Of a stretch of DNA of 64,000 bases, positions 18,102-27,849 are shown in pieces; positions within the stretch are counted from its first letter, which is position 1; each line of letters starts with the position of its first letter. The DNA comes from Candidatus Omnitrophota bacterium (GTDB lineage Bacteria; Omnitrophota; Gorgyraeia; 1-14-0-20-64-10). The DNA is taken from positions 10,064 through 74,063 of the forward strand of contig JACOVG010000006.1 in the NCBI GenBank assembly GCA_016177405.1. Reading direction: 5' to 3'. The notes beneath the pieces were generated by a model. It was not told where the DNA came from, did no database searches, and worked only from the letters and a program-made list of their open reading frames with translations. A program made the translations under genes and the position numbers.

Positions 18102-19934
18102 TTAGACGTGAACGACCTCTTGCGCCGCGGCCGCGGTTCTGGGGGAGCCTAAAACCGACTGAACCCTCTGTGGGTCATAAGGCGAAAAAACTTGGGTCAC
18201 CCAGGGCCGGCTTGAATCGCTCTTAGGACTCGAAAGGTTTCCGACCTCCTCCAGCACCACTTGACGCAGATTCGTGTCGGTCGCCATCGGAACCGAGTGG
18301 GGATAGACCCCGCCGACATCCAAGAGCTGCCCCGAGCGGTAATTCACAACCCGCTTTCCCATGGCGAGCGCTTGAAACCCAACGGAGCTCGCGGTAAAGA
18401 GGACGAGATCCGCCTCTTTCAGATCTCTCTTCAGGTCGGTGAAATCGGCCGGCAGAAGCCTCGCCGGAAAACGGATCTCGCTGGCCCGGATGGGGTGCAG
18501 CGGATGGTGGCGAATCCAAAATCGAAGGCCTTCTTCTTGCCCTCCCCCCGGAAAGTTCAGGCGCAGCGCTTCCAGCAGATGCGCCGCCATCGGTGGATCG
18601 ATGGGAAGAGCCACCAAAATGTTACCTCCTCTGGGCTGGCGGCCGTTCCCCTGGCAGGCGCCAAGGGCTTCATCCGAAGAAAGCTCCCGATACCGGATCG
18701 ACCCGGTCAACCGCAATTTCCCCGGCGGAATCCCTCCGGCCTGAAGGAGCCGGTGGCCGTAGGGGCCGGAGGTGAAGATGATGTCCGGCAGGGGCATGCG
18801 TTGGGCTTCCCCCTTTCCGAGAAAGTAGGGCAGGTAAAATTCCGAAAGGATGATCGCCTGATAGGCGGCCGTGCGGACCCCATGCGCCTGGGCCGCCAGA
18901 ACCAGCAGCTTCTCCCAAGGTTGATTCTCATACGAGTAGACGACCCACCGCCAGTTTCCCTTCTCCAACAGGCGGCTGGCCGTCTCATAAAAGAGCCGAA
19001 AGGCGCACAACGAAGCCCGCCCAACCTCCAGCCATTGCTCCCTGTGAATGAGCCAGGTGACCGGTCTGCCGCCAAGGGTCAAGGGCAGCGGGTCCCCAGG
19101 CCAGGTCATCGCCTTAAAGGAGCGCCAAATCGCTTGCCGGGTCGCCCAGAGGATGAGGGGTTGAAAATAATCCGAGCGCATGGCCAAGGGCCGTTCGTAC
19201 CCGCCGCAATCCGGCGACGAAAACCGAACCACGTCCCAGCCGGATTCCGCGAGCAGTTCCTCCATTCCGGGGAGGTGGTGGTCCTCCCATTGGCGGGGCC
19301 CCTTGAAGCTGCTGGGCTGCGGATAAGAGAAGAGGGCGATGGCCGGATCTCGTGGAACGAACCTCTCCCGGCTGGGCCACACCCGCCGTTGCCGGCGCCG
19401 ATCCGAGAGTGTTTTGATCAACCACCGAACCCGCTTGAGCAGGCCCGCCGCGACGACCCTCCCCTTGGCCGCCAACAGCGAGGATTCGCCCACGACCCGG
19501 ATCCGCGAATCGGCACCCCCCAGGTTCTCTTGAAGCTGTCGAAGCAGCCACGGATCCTCGACCACGATGAGGAGCGCTTCATGGCGCTTGATGGCTTGGG
19601 TCACCTCATCGTGCGCCAGATGGAGATAGCAGGCCAGCAGAAAAAGATCCGAGGCGATCCACATCTTCCAGGAGAGCCGGGTGGACCACCAGGTAATGGG
19701 ATCCTCCTGGCCCGCGCCCACCTGGGCGACCAGATCCAGAAAGGGCTGGCGCAGCGCCCGGGCTGTTTCGTGGAGCTTCTGGGCGCTGTCCCAGGGCGCC
19801 AATCCCAAAGCGGCTTGCGCCTGGGCCCTGAACCGGACGTTCTTGCCCAGGTAAAGCCATTGTTTAAAATCCGTTCGACCTCGAAGTGCCCGCCGAAGAT
19901 GGGCCGGAGAGGTTACGACGATGGGTTCAGACAC
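18102..19934 (-). CDS. Hypothetical surface carbohydrate biosynthesis protein (LIC13510-like, putative GT-B)
   Basis: YSYENQPWEK, LPDIIFTSG, GSIRY, IRHHP, SSVGFQALAMGK. Confidence 0.6.
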   Translation of the reverse strand: MSEPIVVTSPAHLRRALRGRTDFKQWLYLGKNVRFRAQAQAALGLAPWDSAQKLHETARALRQPFLDLVAQVGAGQEDPITWWSTRLSWKMWIASDLFLLACYLHLAHDEVTQAIKRHEALLIVVEDPWLLRQLQENLGGADSRIRVVGESSLLAAKGRVVAAGLLKRVRWLIKTLSDRRRQRRVWPSRERFVPRDPAIALFSYPQPSSFKGPRQWEDHHLPGMEELLAESGWDVVRFSSPDCGGYERPLAMRSDYFQPLILWATRQAIWRSFKAMTWPGDPLPLTLGGRPVTWLIHREQWLEVGRASLCAFRLFYETASRLLEKGNWRWVVYSYENQPWEKLLVLAAQAHGVRTAAYQAIILSEFYLPYFLGKGEAQRMPLPDIIFTSGPYGHRLLQAGGIPPGKLRLTGSIRYRELSSDEALGACQGNGRQPRGGNILVALPIDPPMAAHLLEALRLNFPGGGQEEGLRFWIRHHPLHPIRASEIRFPARLLPADFTDLKRDLKEADLVLFTASSVGFQALAMGKRVVNYRSGQLLDVGGVYPHSVPMATDTNLRQVVLEEVGNLSSPKSDSSRPWVTQVFSPYDPQRVQSVLGSPRTAAAAQEVVHV

Positions 19935-21313
19935 AAGGTCTTCTCTGCGGCAAGCTGCGGGGCTTTGGCTCCGGCAGGAAACCCCTGGGCCGCCAGCAGG
20001 TAACGTTGGATCTCCCGCTCAAACCGGCCCGCCAGCCGGCGGGCCTGAAGCGGAAACCAGCAGTTTCCGATGGGATCCCGTCGGATTTTGAACGTGTACG
20101 CCTCAAGGGCCTTGGCTTGGGCTAAGACCCAAGGCTCCCGCCACCTGGAGTCCTCCTCCGCGCTCGGCGGCTGTCCCAGATCCGCCAGGACCGTGTGGAC
20201 CAGTTGAGAAAGAGCAGAAACAGGCCTTGGGAAATGGCAGACGTCTCGGAGAATCGCTTGAGCCTCGGCAGAGTGCTCAAAAGGCTCTCCGGGCCCTTTG
20301 GGCTGAATCTGGTTTACAAAAGCGAACACCTCATCCCAAGTTTCAGGAACCTTCAGGTGATCGATGATGGGGTAATGGTTTTGCTGGAAGTGGTCTGTGT
20401 GCTCGGCCAGCCGAGGCCCCACCAACCCCGTGAGGTTCAAGGCCGGCTTGCCCGCAGCAACGGCCTCAAAGAAGGTGGTGGAGTTAAAGCCGGCCATCAG
20501 CTGAATTTGGTCCAACCACGACTCAAACGGGAGCTCTTCTCCGCCGGTATGCAGCGTGGGGCTGTATCGGTCCTCAAAATAACGCCAGCTGCGGCGGTCC
20601 TCCTGTTGGTGGGGGCGAAGCCAAACCCTCTGCCCGCGACGCCGACATTCGTCGAAGAAGGTCAGCAGAACGCGCAGGTAGGACGCCTCAATCCACAAGC
20701 GGTCTTCAAAGTATCTCGCTTTGGATTGAAAGCCCCAGTGGGTTCCCCGATGCAGGTCAATCTTCTTCAGCATGGACTCGGGGACGATGGAGTTGAACAG
20801 GGGGAAACTGCTGACCACCCCGATGGGAACCCGCTGCGCCCCCAGGGGTTTTCTGGCTTGAGCCGCCGCCAGAAAGAAATCCATGCGGGGGGCACCGGTC
20901 ACCGGAAGCTGTTCTTCGCGGAAGCGGCCGGTGGCCAGAAGCACCCGGCGGCTGTAGTCCCCCCACAGAAAAAAACGATGGATGCTCTGGATGTGCCTCT
21001 GCCAACAATCTGGATCCGAGCCCCCGCCATACTTCACCAGGAGAGGCCCCTCTTCAAAGACCGCTCCCTCGGTGGCCAGCATGTAGATCTTTGTTCTTCG
21101 CGTGATCTTGGGGTAGGTATCGTAGATGATGTTCATCGGAGTGGCGATCACGGCGGCCTCGCACGGCAGCGCGTTGAGGATGGGGTTCGTCGTCCGGCGC
21201 GTGGACAGCAGGGCGCGGGCCCCCGCTTTTTCAAAGAGCCTCGCCAGCGCGATGAGAACCGGACCGTCCCGGCGGGGGTCTTCCATGTGGATGAGAATCC
21301 GCGGGCGCCTCAT
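19913..21313 (-). CDS. Surface carbohydrate biosynthesis protein (putative GT-B transferase)
   Basis: HMEDPRRD, ATEG, FLWG, VTGAPRMD, LRPHQQE, NSTTFFEAVAAGKP. Confidence 0.65.
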   Translation of the reverse strand: MRRPRILIHMEDPRRDGPVLIALARLFEKAGARALLSTRRTTNPILNALPCEAAVIATPMNIIYDTYPKITRRTKIYMLATEGAVFEEGPLLVKYGGGSDPDCWQRHIQSIHRFFLWGDYSRRVLLATGRFREEQLPVTGAPRMDFFLAAAQARKPLGAQRVPIGVVSSFPLFNSIVPESMLKKIDLHRGTHWGFQSKARYFEDRLWIEASYLRVLLTFFDECRRRGQRVWLRPHQQEDRRSWRYFEDRYSPTLHTGGEELPFESWLDQIQLMAGFNSTTFFEAVAAGKPALNLTGLVGPRLAEHTDHFQQNHYPIIDHLKVPETWDEVFAFVNQIQPKGPGEPFEHSAEAQAILRDVCHFPRPVSALSQLVHTVLADLGQPPSAEEDSRWREPWVLAQAKALEAYTFKIRRDPIGNCWFPLQARRLAGRFEREIQRYLLAAQGFPAGAKAPQLAAEKTLCLNPSS

Positions 21314-21319
21314 GGAACC

Positions 21320-22321
21320 TTAGAGCCCCTTTCTTGCGTACAAACGGAGGTTGTCACCCTTGTCCGCGCGGTTGATGAACTCCTGGAACGGTTCCTCGGC
21401 GTCTGCCGGGATGGGCAGATTCCAGCCGGCGAAAACCTCCGGATAGGTCCCAAAGGTTTTCCGAATGTGAGCCAGATCCAGCCCCCGGGTGTGGACGGAC
21501 TGAATGGCGAAGCCCGCCTTTTCAAACTCCCGGGTGAAGGTGGCCGGGCTGTAGTGCCTGATGTGGACGTCCGGAGCGACGATCTCGGAGTAGAGTCCCG
21601 TCACAAAAACATTGAAGCTGTCGAAGTTCTCCGTGTACGCGAAGACCCACCCGCCGGGCTTCAGGACGCGGCGGATCTCGCCCAGCAGATGACCGGGATC
21701 CTCCACGTGCTCCAGCACGTCCCACGCCGTGACCACATCAAAGAACTCCTTTGGAAAGGAGGCCTCTTGCAGGGTGCCGGATCGAATCCTGGAAAGCCCA
21801 AGCTCCTCGTTGGCAAAACGGACCATCGCGGGATTGGGCTCGACGCCATAGACCTCGTACCCATGGGAGTCCGCCACCTTGAGAAAGTGGCCGGAACCGC
21901 AGCCCACATCAAGAAGTCTCCCCGCGGGAACGCGCGGGCGGATGAGGTCGCAGACCCTTTCCCGGAAGATGGTGCTCATCCGGTATTCCGCGGAAGGCAG
22001 GTACATTTGGCTGAAGACCGAGGTGAAGCGGCCCGTGCGATACTGCCGCTCAAGCTGCTCCCGGTTCGGTCTGGGCGAGGGATAGACCAACCCGCAGTCC
22101 CGGCAGCGGCGGTACGGAAAGCGCTCCCTCTCAAAAAGAATCTCTTCCGGAGCAGGCGCTCCGCACAGCGAGCAGTCCACCCGCGTCACCTTGGCGGGAT
22201 CCAATCCCCCGCCGGGGTCCCAGTAACCCCTCAAGTCCGTCACCATCTGCCGCGTGATCCGCTCGGTAACACCGGAAGGCTGGAGCTTGGAAAGATCGAG
22301 GGTGGCGGTTGGCGCGTTCAT
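21320..22321 (-). CDS. Class I SAM methyltransferase with N-terminal Zn ribbon
   Basis: CSLCG...CRDCGL, LLDVGCGSG, FDVVTAWDVLEH, LKPGG. Confidence 0.92.
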   Translation of the reverse strand: MNAPTATLDLSKLQPSGVTERITRQMVTDLRGYWDPGGGLDPAKVTRVDCSLCGAPAPEEILFERERFPYRRCRDCGLVYPSPRPNREQLERQYRTGRFTSVFSQMYLPSAEYRMSTIFRERVCDLIRPRVPAGRLLDVGCGSGHFLKVADSHGYEVYGVEPNPAMVRFANEELGLSRIRSGTLQEASFPKEFFDVVTAWDVLEHVEDPGHLLGEIRRVLKPGGWVFAYTENFDSFNVFVTGLYSEIVAPDVHIRHYSPATFTREFEKAGFAIQSVHTRGLDLAHIRKTFGTYPEVFAGWNLPIPADAEEPFQEFINRADKGDNLRLYARKGL

Positions 22322-22920
22322 CGCTTAAGCAGAAGCACCAGTTTGTGGTTGACCGCCGGGTCCATCTCCAGGTGGTGAACCACGGAAAATGGGAGGAGGT
22401 TAAGAAGGTCTTCCGGCGTCTGAAGGACCTCCCGGCCATACCGCTGCTCATCGGGACGGTAGAAATGCTGCAGGATCAGATAATGCCCGCCGGGCTTGAG
22501 CACCCTCCGGATCTCCACGAAGAGCTCTTTGAGCTTCGGCAGAACGTACCAAAGGAGCTCGGCCGTGACCACCAGATCAAAGCCCTCATTGGGAAATGGC
22601 AGCGGCGGCACCGAGGCCGCCTGGAAGTCGATCTGAGGGAAACGGGAGCGCGCGGCGGAAATGGCCGTGGGCGAGAGATCAACCGCTGTGACGGAGCTAC
22701 CCGTTTCACGGCACAGGCGACCGGTGAACCGGCCCTTCCCGCAGCCCAAGTCCAGGATATTGGAATAAGAACCGCGCTTGACCAAAAGCAGCGCCGCGTC
22801 CTCGGAGAGGGGCTGAATCGCGTCCTGATGCCAGGGGTCGGGGCAATCGCGGTACATCTCCTCGAAGGCGCCGATGAACCGGCCCTCCTTGATGACGTAG
22901 TCCTGGTAGTGGGCGCTCAC
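22318..22920 (-). CDS. Class I SAM-dependent methyltransferase
   Basis: FEEMY...DPW, ILDLGCGKG, AVDLS, FDLVVTAELLWYV, LKPGG. GTG start 22920. Confidence 0.88.
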   Translation of the reverse strand: MSAHYQDYVIKEGRFIGAFEEMYRDCPDPWHQDAIQPLSEDAALLLVKRGSYSNILDLGCGKGRFTGRLCRETGSSVTAVDLSPTAISAARSRFPQIDFQAASVPPLPFPNEGFDLVVTAELLWYVLPKLKELFVEIRRVLKPGGHYLILQHFYRPDEQRYGREVLQTPEDLLNLLPFSVVHHLEMDPAVNHKLVLLLKR

Positions 22921-22921
22921 G

Positions 22922-23749
22922 TCAGCCAAGGACCGATTCCGTTTTTGGGAATCTGGAGCGGACAAAGTCCCGTATCTTGAGCTCGCCGGCCGTGGGAAGC
23001 TTCCTGGTTTCACCCAAAAGCTCCTCCACGCGGCGGATCTGTTCCACCATGGTCCGGAACTCCTCAGGGGTGGCGGAAAGAACGTGATCGGTCCCGGGAA
23101 GGGATTTGTCCAGGGTGAAGTGTTTTTCAATCACCCGCGCCCCCAGGGCGGCCGCCGCCACGGGAGCCACCACGCCCACCGTATGGTCCGAGTAGCCGAT
23201 CACCCGGTCCGGGAAGGCTTCCTGCAGCGCCGTGATGGAGCGCAGGTTGGCTTCGGAGTCGCCAAGAGGATACTGGGTGACACAGTGCAAAATGACGACC
23301 TCATCCACCTCGTCCAGCCACCCCAAGGCCTGGCCAATCTCCTCGAGGGTGGCCATCCCGGTTGAAAGATAGACGGTGTCGGCGTGCCGATTCACGTACG
23401 CGAGGAGTGGGCGGTTGAGCATCTCGCTGGAGGCGATCTTGATGGCGCGCAAACCCAGTTTCTCGCAAAGGAACCGGGCTCTCTCGACGGTGAAGGGGGA
23501 GCTCAAGAAGCCAACGCCCTGCTGGACGGCAAGACCCTTAAGCTCCCGATGGAGATCGTCGGAAAGCTCCACCCGGGTGAACCACTCCCGCTCCGGATCC
23601 TTCTCGGAGACGTCCCTTCCCCGATAAGACTGGAATTTCACCACATCGGCCCCTGCCTGGGCCGCCAAGACCACCATCCGGCGGGCCAGATCCCAGTCGC
23701 CGCCATGGTTCTCCCCGATCTCCGCGATGATGAGAGCCGGCTTAGACAT
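22922..23749 (-). CDS. neuB: N-acetylneuraminate/nonulosonate synthase family protein (short form)
   Basis: IIAEIGENHGGD, GADVVKFQ, IKIAS, LSTGM, LHCVTQYP, GYSDHT, IEKHFTLD. Confidence 0.92.
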   Translation of the reverse strand: MSKPALIIAEIGENHGGDWDLARRMVVLAAQAGADVVKFQSYRGRDVSEKDPEREWFTRVELSDDLHRELKGLAVQQGVGFLSSPFTVERARFLCEKLGLRAIKIASSEMLNRPLLAYVNRHADTVYLSTGMATLEEIGQALGWLDEVDEVVILHCVTQYPLGDSEANLRSITALQEAFPDRVIGYSDHTVGVVAPVAAAALGARVIEKHFTLDKSLPGTDHVLSATPEEFRTMVEQIRRVEELLGETRKLPTAGELKIRDFVRSRFPKTESVLG

Positions 23750-24458
23750 GGAGCTGCCCTGCTCGGACCGGAAGGCGGCCGAAACGTTCCAGGATTTCTT
23801 GAGGCCAGAGCCGTCTTAGCTCTTCCCACCCGTCGCTCACCCGCTGGGGGTCTTGGGACATGCTTCCCTCGCGGATGGAATAGGTGAAGAGGGGCCTGGC
23901 GATGTGGCGAGGGGGCTTGGAGCTCCTCAAGAGGTACCGAAGGTACAGATCGTATTCTTCCCAGAAGAGCTCCCGGTACCCCCCGATCTCAAGGAGGAGC
24001 GAGCGGCGCATCATCGAACCAATGGCGATCAGCCGGTAGAGGTCGAATTCACGCAGGCGCACCGTCTCGACCTTTGAGGTGCTCCCCGCACGCTCAAACC
24101 GGTCACAGGTCACCAGGTCGGCCGCGCCCTGGTCCAGGAAGGGACACATGGCTTCCAGGATGATCGGTTCGAAGGTGTCGTCGGCATCCAGCCGGATCAC
24201 GTAGGCCCCCCGCGCCAGGGCTAACCCGCGGTTGCAGGTTTTAGGCAGGCCCAGGTTGGCTTCACTTCTCACGTATCGGAAATTGGGATAGCGGGTGAAT
24301 TCCTTCGCCGCCTGCTCCGTACCATCGGTGGAACCGTCATCGAGAAAGAGCACCTCGTATTGGTCCAGGGGCAGGGTCTGCCGGTAGAGGCTTCCGCAGG
24401 CGGATTCGAGGGTGGCCGCGCCGTTGTAACAGCTTAGGATCACGCTGACGCGCTTCAT
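23742..24458 (-). CDS. Glycosyltransferase family 2
   Basis: VSVILSCYN, DDGSTD, NLGLPKTCNRGL, RLDADD. Confidence 0.92.
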   Translation of the reverse strand: MKRVSVILSCYNGAATLESACGSLYRQTLPLDQYEVLFLDDGSTDGTEQAAKEFTRYPNFRYVRSEANLGLPKTCNRGLALARGAYVIRLDADDTFEPIILEAMCPFLDQGAADLVTCDRFERAGSTSKVETVRLREFDLYRLIAIGSMMRRSLLLEIGGYRELFWEEYDLYLRYLLRSSKPPRHIARPLFTYSIREGSMSQDPQRVSDGWEELRRLWPQEILERFGRLPVRAGQLHV

Positions 24459-25123
24459 GCCCAGAGATCCCGGACGATCCAGAAGGCCTCTGCCGCCTCA
24501 CAGTTCACCTCGGTTCCTCGCATCCGGGCGTAAGCCAGAATCCCTTCGGGCGAGCGAGGATGGGGAAACGTTTTGGATTCCCGTCCATAGCACCGCAAGG
24601 CCTCCACCTTCCGTTTGATGAGGTTCTCCGGCAGCTCCACGTAATGATTCGGGGCAAACTGCAGATCCGGAAAGGGGGCGGACTGCCCGGTCGAGGAGGG
24701 AACCTCGTAGCACAGGAGCCTTCGGGCGCGGTGGTGATTCAGGGGCCGGCAGGCCACCAGCGTGGCCCGAAAAACCGCCTGGTGATCCTGATTGACGTCC
24801 CCGCGATGGCAGGTGTAGACGATGTCCGGCTTGACCTCGGCCACCACCTTCTCCAGCGGGACGATCAGGTCGATGAGGGCGCGGTCCAGCTGCTCATCCG
24901 GCAAGCGCAGAAACTTCAGCTCCTGGTAGCCGAGGATGCCCTGCGCCTGCCGGGCCGACCTTTCCTCCCCCTCGATGTCGGAGGAGAGGTACTGGTGGCC
25001 GTAGGCCCGATTCGCCGCGATGCACACGGCAACAGAGTCCCCCGCCGAAACGTGCTTGGCAATGGTCCCTCCGGCCCCCAAGACCTCGTCGTCCATGTGG
25101 GGGGCGATCACCAGGACCTTCAT
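24455..25123 (-). CDS. PIG-L/LmbE family Zn-dependent de-N-acetylase
   Basis: APHMDDEVLG, DVNQDH, HPRS, AEAF. Confidence 0.92.
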   Translation of the reverse strand: MKVLVIAPHMDDEVLGAGGTIAKHVSAGDSVAVCIAANRAYGHQYLSSDIEGEERSARQAQGILGYQELKFLRLPDEQLDRALIDLIVPLEKVVAEVKPDIVYTCHRGDVNQDHQAVFRATLVACRPLNHHRARRLLCYEVPSSTGQSAPFPDLQFAPNHYVELPENLIKRKVEALRCYGRESKTFPHPRSPEGILAYARMRGTEVNCEAAEAFWIVRDLWA

Positions 25124-25914
25124 TCCAGATACCCCTCAATCCAAAGCCGCTTGCCCTCGAATCGGGCCGAAGGCATCACCAGCTTATGACCCCCCACCAA
25201 GGCATAGGCACTGGGGTACGGAGGGGCCAAGGCCCGGATGAAGTTGTAGATTTCCTCCAACGACAGTCCTTCCGGAAGAAGGCTCTCCTCCGGGCCGCGC
25301 TTCGGGGTCACGGAAGCCAGACGCTCGTCCTGCGGGGTTCGTGGGGCAGTGCCGTTCTCGATGCTGGAAAGCACCGCGGCCATCAGGACCGGCGCCTGAA
25401 GGACGATCTTGTCCAGAAGGGTTTTACAGGTGTCTTGGCGCGAGATCTCGAATCTCTGCCGGGCAATGATGTCCCCCGCGTCAATCCTCTCATCCAGATG
25501 GAAGAAGGTGATGCCGCTTTCTCTCAACCCGTCGCGCAGCGCCCAGAAAAGCGGTGCCCCGCCCCGACGCGACGGCAGTAAAGAATAGTGCAGCCCAACA
25601 CAGCCCAGCCGGGGAAATGAAATCACCTCCTTGGGGATCCTCTGGGACCAGCTGATGACCAGCACCAGGTCCGGCCGAAGGGCCTGAACCTGCCGAACAA
25701 ATTCCGGATCATCGGAACTCCTGATCCTAAAGTAAGGGACGCCCAGCGGCTCGACCAAAGAATCGAAAGAGGTATAATCGGCAATCTGCGGGCGCAGGTC
25801 CGGATGAGCGGTGAAAACACCGACCACCTCCCTTTGAAGCTCAACCAGCTTCTCCAAACAAGCCAAGCCGACCCGTTCCGCTCCCACGTACACCACGCGC
25901 ACGGCAGGCTTCAT
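25120..25914 (-). CDS. Sugar N-formyltransferase-like protein (Fmt fold)
   Basis: PDLVLVISW, GLHYSLLPSRRGGAP, SGITFFHLDERIDAGDI, IRALAPPYP. Confidence 0.88.
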   Translation of the reverse strand: MKPAVRVVYVGAERVGLACLEKLVELQREVVGVFTAHPDLRPQIADYTSFDSLVEPLGVPYFRIRSSDDPEFVRQVQALRPDLVLVISWSQRIPKEVISFPRLGCVGLHYSLLPSRRGGAPLFWALRDGLRESGITFFHLDERIDAGDIIARQRFEISRQDTCKTLLDKIVLQAPVLMAAVLSSIENGTAPRTPQDERLASVTPKRGPEESLLPEGLSLEEIYNFIRALAPPYPSAYALVGGHKLVMPSARFEGKRLWIEGYLE

Positions 25915-26924
25915 GCGGCCGGATGGTCCTTGCCGTAATAGATCGGGACGCAGCTGTGGTTGGCGGTCACCCAGTCGGTGTTCGGTAAATCCGCCGCCTG
26001 GCCCATGATCCTATGGCAGGGTTTATCGTAAACCCTGCCGGTGGAGGGCTCCACCTTGCCGAAGACGATGTATTTGTAGTAACCCGAGATCATTCCTTCC
26101 GGAAAGAGCACCCGGTTCGGATGCTGGGGATCCAGCACCTCCTCGGCGTAGGCGCGCTTGCCGGCGGCGATCTCGTCAAGCCGCTGGGTCTGAACGACTC
26201 CCAAGGCCGCGGTGAATTCGCTCATCCTGAAATTGAGCCCCGGGGCCGCGTGAGCGGGCTTGCCGTAATTGCGAAAACCCTTGGCGGACTCGGCCATGGC
26301 TCCGTGCCGGGTAACCAGCATCCCCCCTTCCCCCGTCGAAATCGTCTTGGTGGCGTAGAAGGAATAGATCCCTGCGTCGCCCCAGGCGCCCGGCCTCTTG
26401 CCGCGCCACTGGGCCCCGTGCGCGTGGGCGCAATCTTCCAGGAGCCAGATCCGGCGCTCCCGGCAATAGTCGGCGATCTTTTCGATCTCAAAGGCGATGT
26501 GCCCTCCTATGTGCACCACCCAGGCCGCCTTGGGGCGCGAGGCCTCGGCCTTCCGGACGAAGTCCTCGTAAGAGAGGCACAGGTCGTTCCGGTTGCAGTC
26601 CACCCACTCCACCTTGCCTCCGGCGTAAGCGACCGACAGCGGGGTTGCCATGAAGGTGTTGGAAGGGCACAGGACGGTCTCCCCCCTGACATCAATATAA
26701 TTCAGGGCCGCGAGCGCGGCCCCTGCCCAGCTCGCGGTGGCCACGGAGCGCAGGCCGTGCAGCGCTTGCCAGGCCGACTCGAACTGCTCGGTGAAGGGCC
26801 CCTCGGTCCAGCGCTCGGAGGCAAGGATCTTCTCCCAGAAGGCGAGCAGGCGCTGGGTGTCCCGCCGGTCAAAGCCAACGCGGAAGGCGCTGGAGAGCTT
26901 CTCCTCAAGGCCGGAGGGCCGCAT
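25911..26924 (-). CDS. DegT family aminotransferase
   Basis: CPSNTFMAT, LLEDCAHAHG, YSFYATKTISTGEGG. Confidence 0.93.
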   Translation of the reverse strand: MRPSGLEEKLSSAFRVGFDRRDTQRLLAFWEKILASERWTEGPFTEQFESAWQALHGLRSVATASWAGAALAALNYIDVRGETVLCPSNTFMATPLSVAYAGGKVEWVDCNRNDLCLSYEDFVRKAEASRPKAAWVVHIGGHIAFEIEKIADYCRERRIWLLEDCAHAHGAQWRGKRPGAWGDAGIYSFYATKTISTGEGGMLVTRHGAMAESAKGFRNYGKPAHAAPGLNFRMSEFTAALGVVQTQRLDEIAAGKRAYAEEVLDPQHPNRVLFPEGMISGYYKYIVFGKVEPSTGRVYDKPCHRIMGQAADLPNTDWVTANHSCVPIYYGKDHPAA

Positions 26925-27849
26925 CCACCTTGCTCCAGTTCAGCTTCTTTTCTTCCTCCTGGCCGCGATACCAATCCACATAGCGCCTCAATCCCTCCTG
27001 AAAGGGGGTTGTCGCTTTCCAGCCCAGGTCGTCCAGAGCCTGCCGGCTGCTCACCTTTTTTCCGGAGAAATCTCCGGGGCGCGCCGGCGTCGTCACGATC
27101 TGAACGTTGCCGATCAGATCGCTAACCGCCTGCGCGATTTCGCGGATGGAGATGCTGATCTCGCCGTCCAGGTTGTAGATTCGGTTGGCGGCAATGGTCT
27201 TGAGCGCCAGCACGACCCCCTCCGCCAGATCCTCCACGTAGACAAACTGCCGAAACTGCATCCCGTCCCCGGAAAGGGTTAGAGGCTCGCCCCGCAGCGC
27301 CTTGCCCACGAACAGGGGAATCACCGCCCCGCTGCGCGCCCGGGGACCGTAGGGGATTCCGAAGCGGAGAATCGTGTGCGCCAGACCGTAAAGGGCCGAA
27401 TAAGAGCGGCAGTAATATTCCGAGGCGAGCTTCGTGGCCGTGTAGAGATGGCGCGGAGGCGGGATGGGCGTGGCCTCGTTCACCTCGGCCTCGGAGCAGT
27501 CGCTGTAGACCCAGGTGGTGCTTCCGTAGATCACCCGGGGAATGCGGCCGCGCCGGGCCGCCTCCAGAACGCAGAGGGTCCCGCGGGTGTTGACCGTCTC
27601 CGCGTAGGAGGGGTCCTCAAAAACCTCCTTGACGTCCGCCACGGCGGCCAGGTGGACGACCGCGTGAACTCCGGTCAGGGCCAGGCGAAGGGCCTCCATG
27701 TCCAGGACGCTTCCGATGAAGTGCTCCACCTCCCGGTGGTAGGAGGAGCGCTGTTGGTCAAAGATCACCGCCTCCACGCCATGGGCCATCAGGCGGTCCA
27801 CCACATGGGAACCGATGAACCCCGCGCCGCCGGTCACCAGGACCCTCAT
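26905..27849 (-). CDS. NAD-dependent epimerase/dehydratase
   Basis: VTGGAGFIGSH, VHLAA, STTWVY, YTATK, RQFVYVED. Confidence 0.93.
   Translation of the reverse strand: MRVLVTGGAGFIGSHVVDRLMAHGVEAVIFDQQRSSYHREVEHFIGSVLDMEALRLALTGVHAVVHLAAVADVKEVFEDPSYAETVNTRGTLCVLEAARRGRIPRVIYGSTTWVYSDCSEAEVNEATPIPPPRHLYTATKLASEYYCRSYSALYGLAHTILRFGIPYGPRARSGAVIPLFVGKALRGEPLTLSGDGMQFRQFVYVEDLAEGVVLALKTIAANRIYNLDGEISISIREIAQAVSDLIGNVQIVTTPARPGDFSGKKVSSRQALDDLGWKATTPFQEGLRRYVDWYRGQEEEKKLNWSKVDAALRP

Noticed and set aside
18261-22378. Long plus-strand ORFs (580 aa at 18261..20003, 727 aa at 20195..22378) and many others such as 60412..61908 and 58394..59596
   Set aside because: They are antisense shadows of well-supported minus-strand genes in GC-rich DNA and show no recognisable motifs.
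25120-25914. Housekeeping fmt
   Set aside because: Short, lacks the full C-terminal domain and a def neighbour, and lies in a sugar-pathway context.
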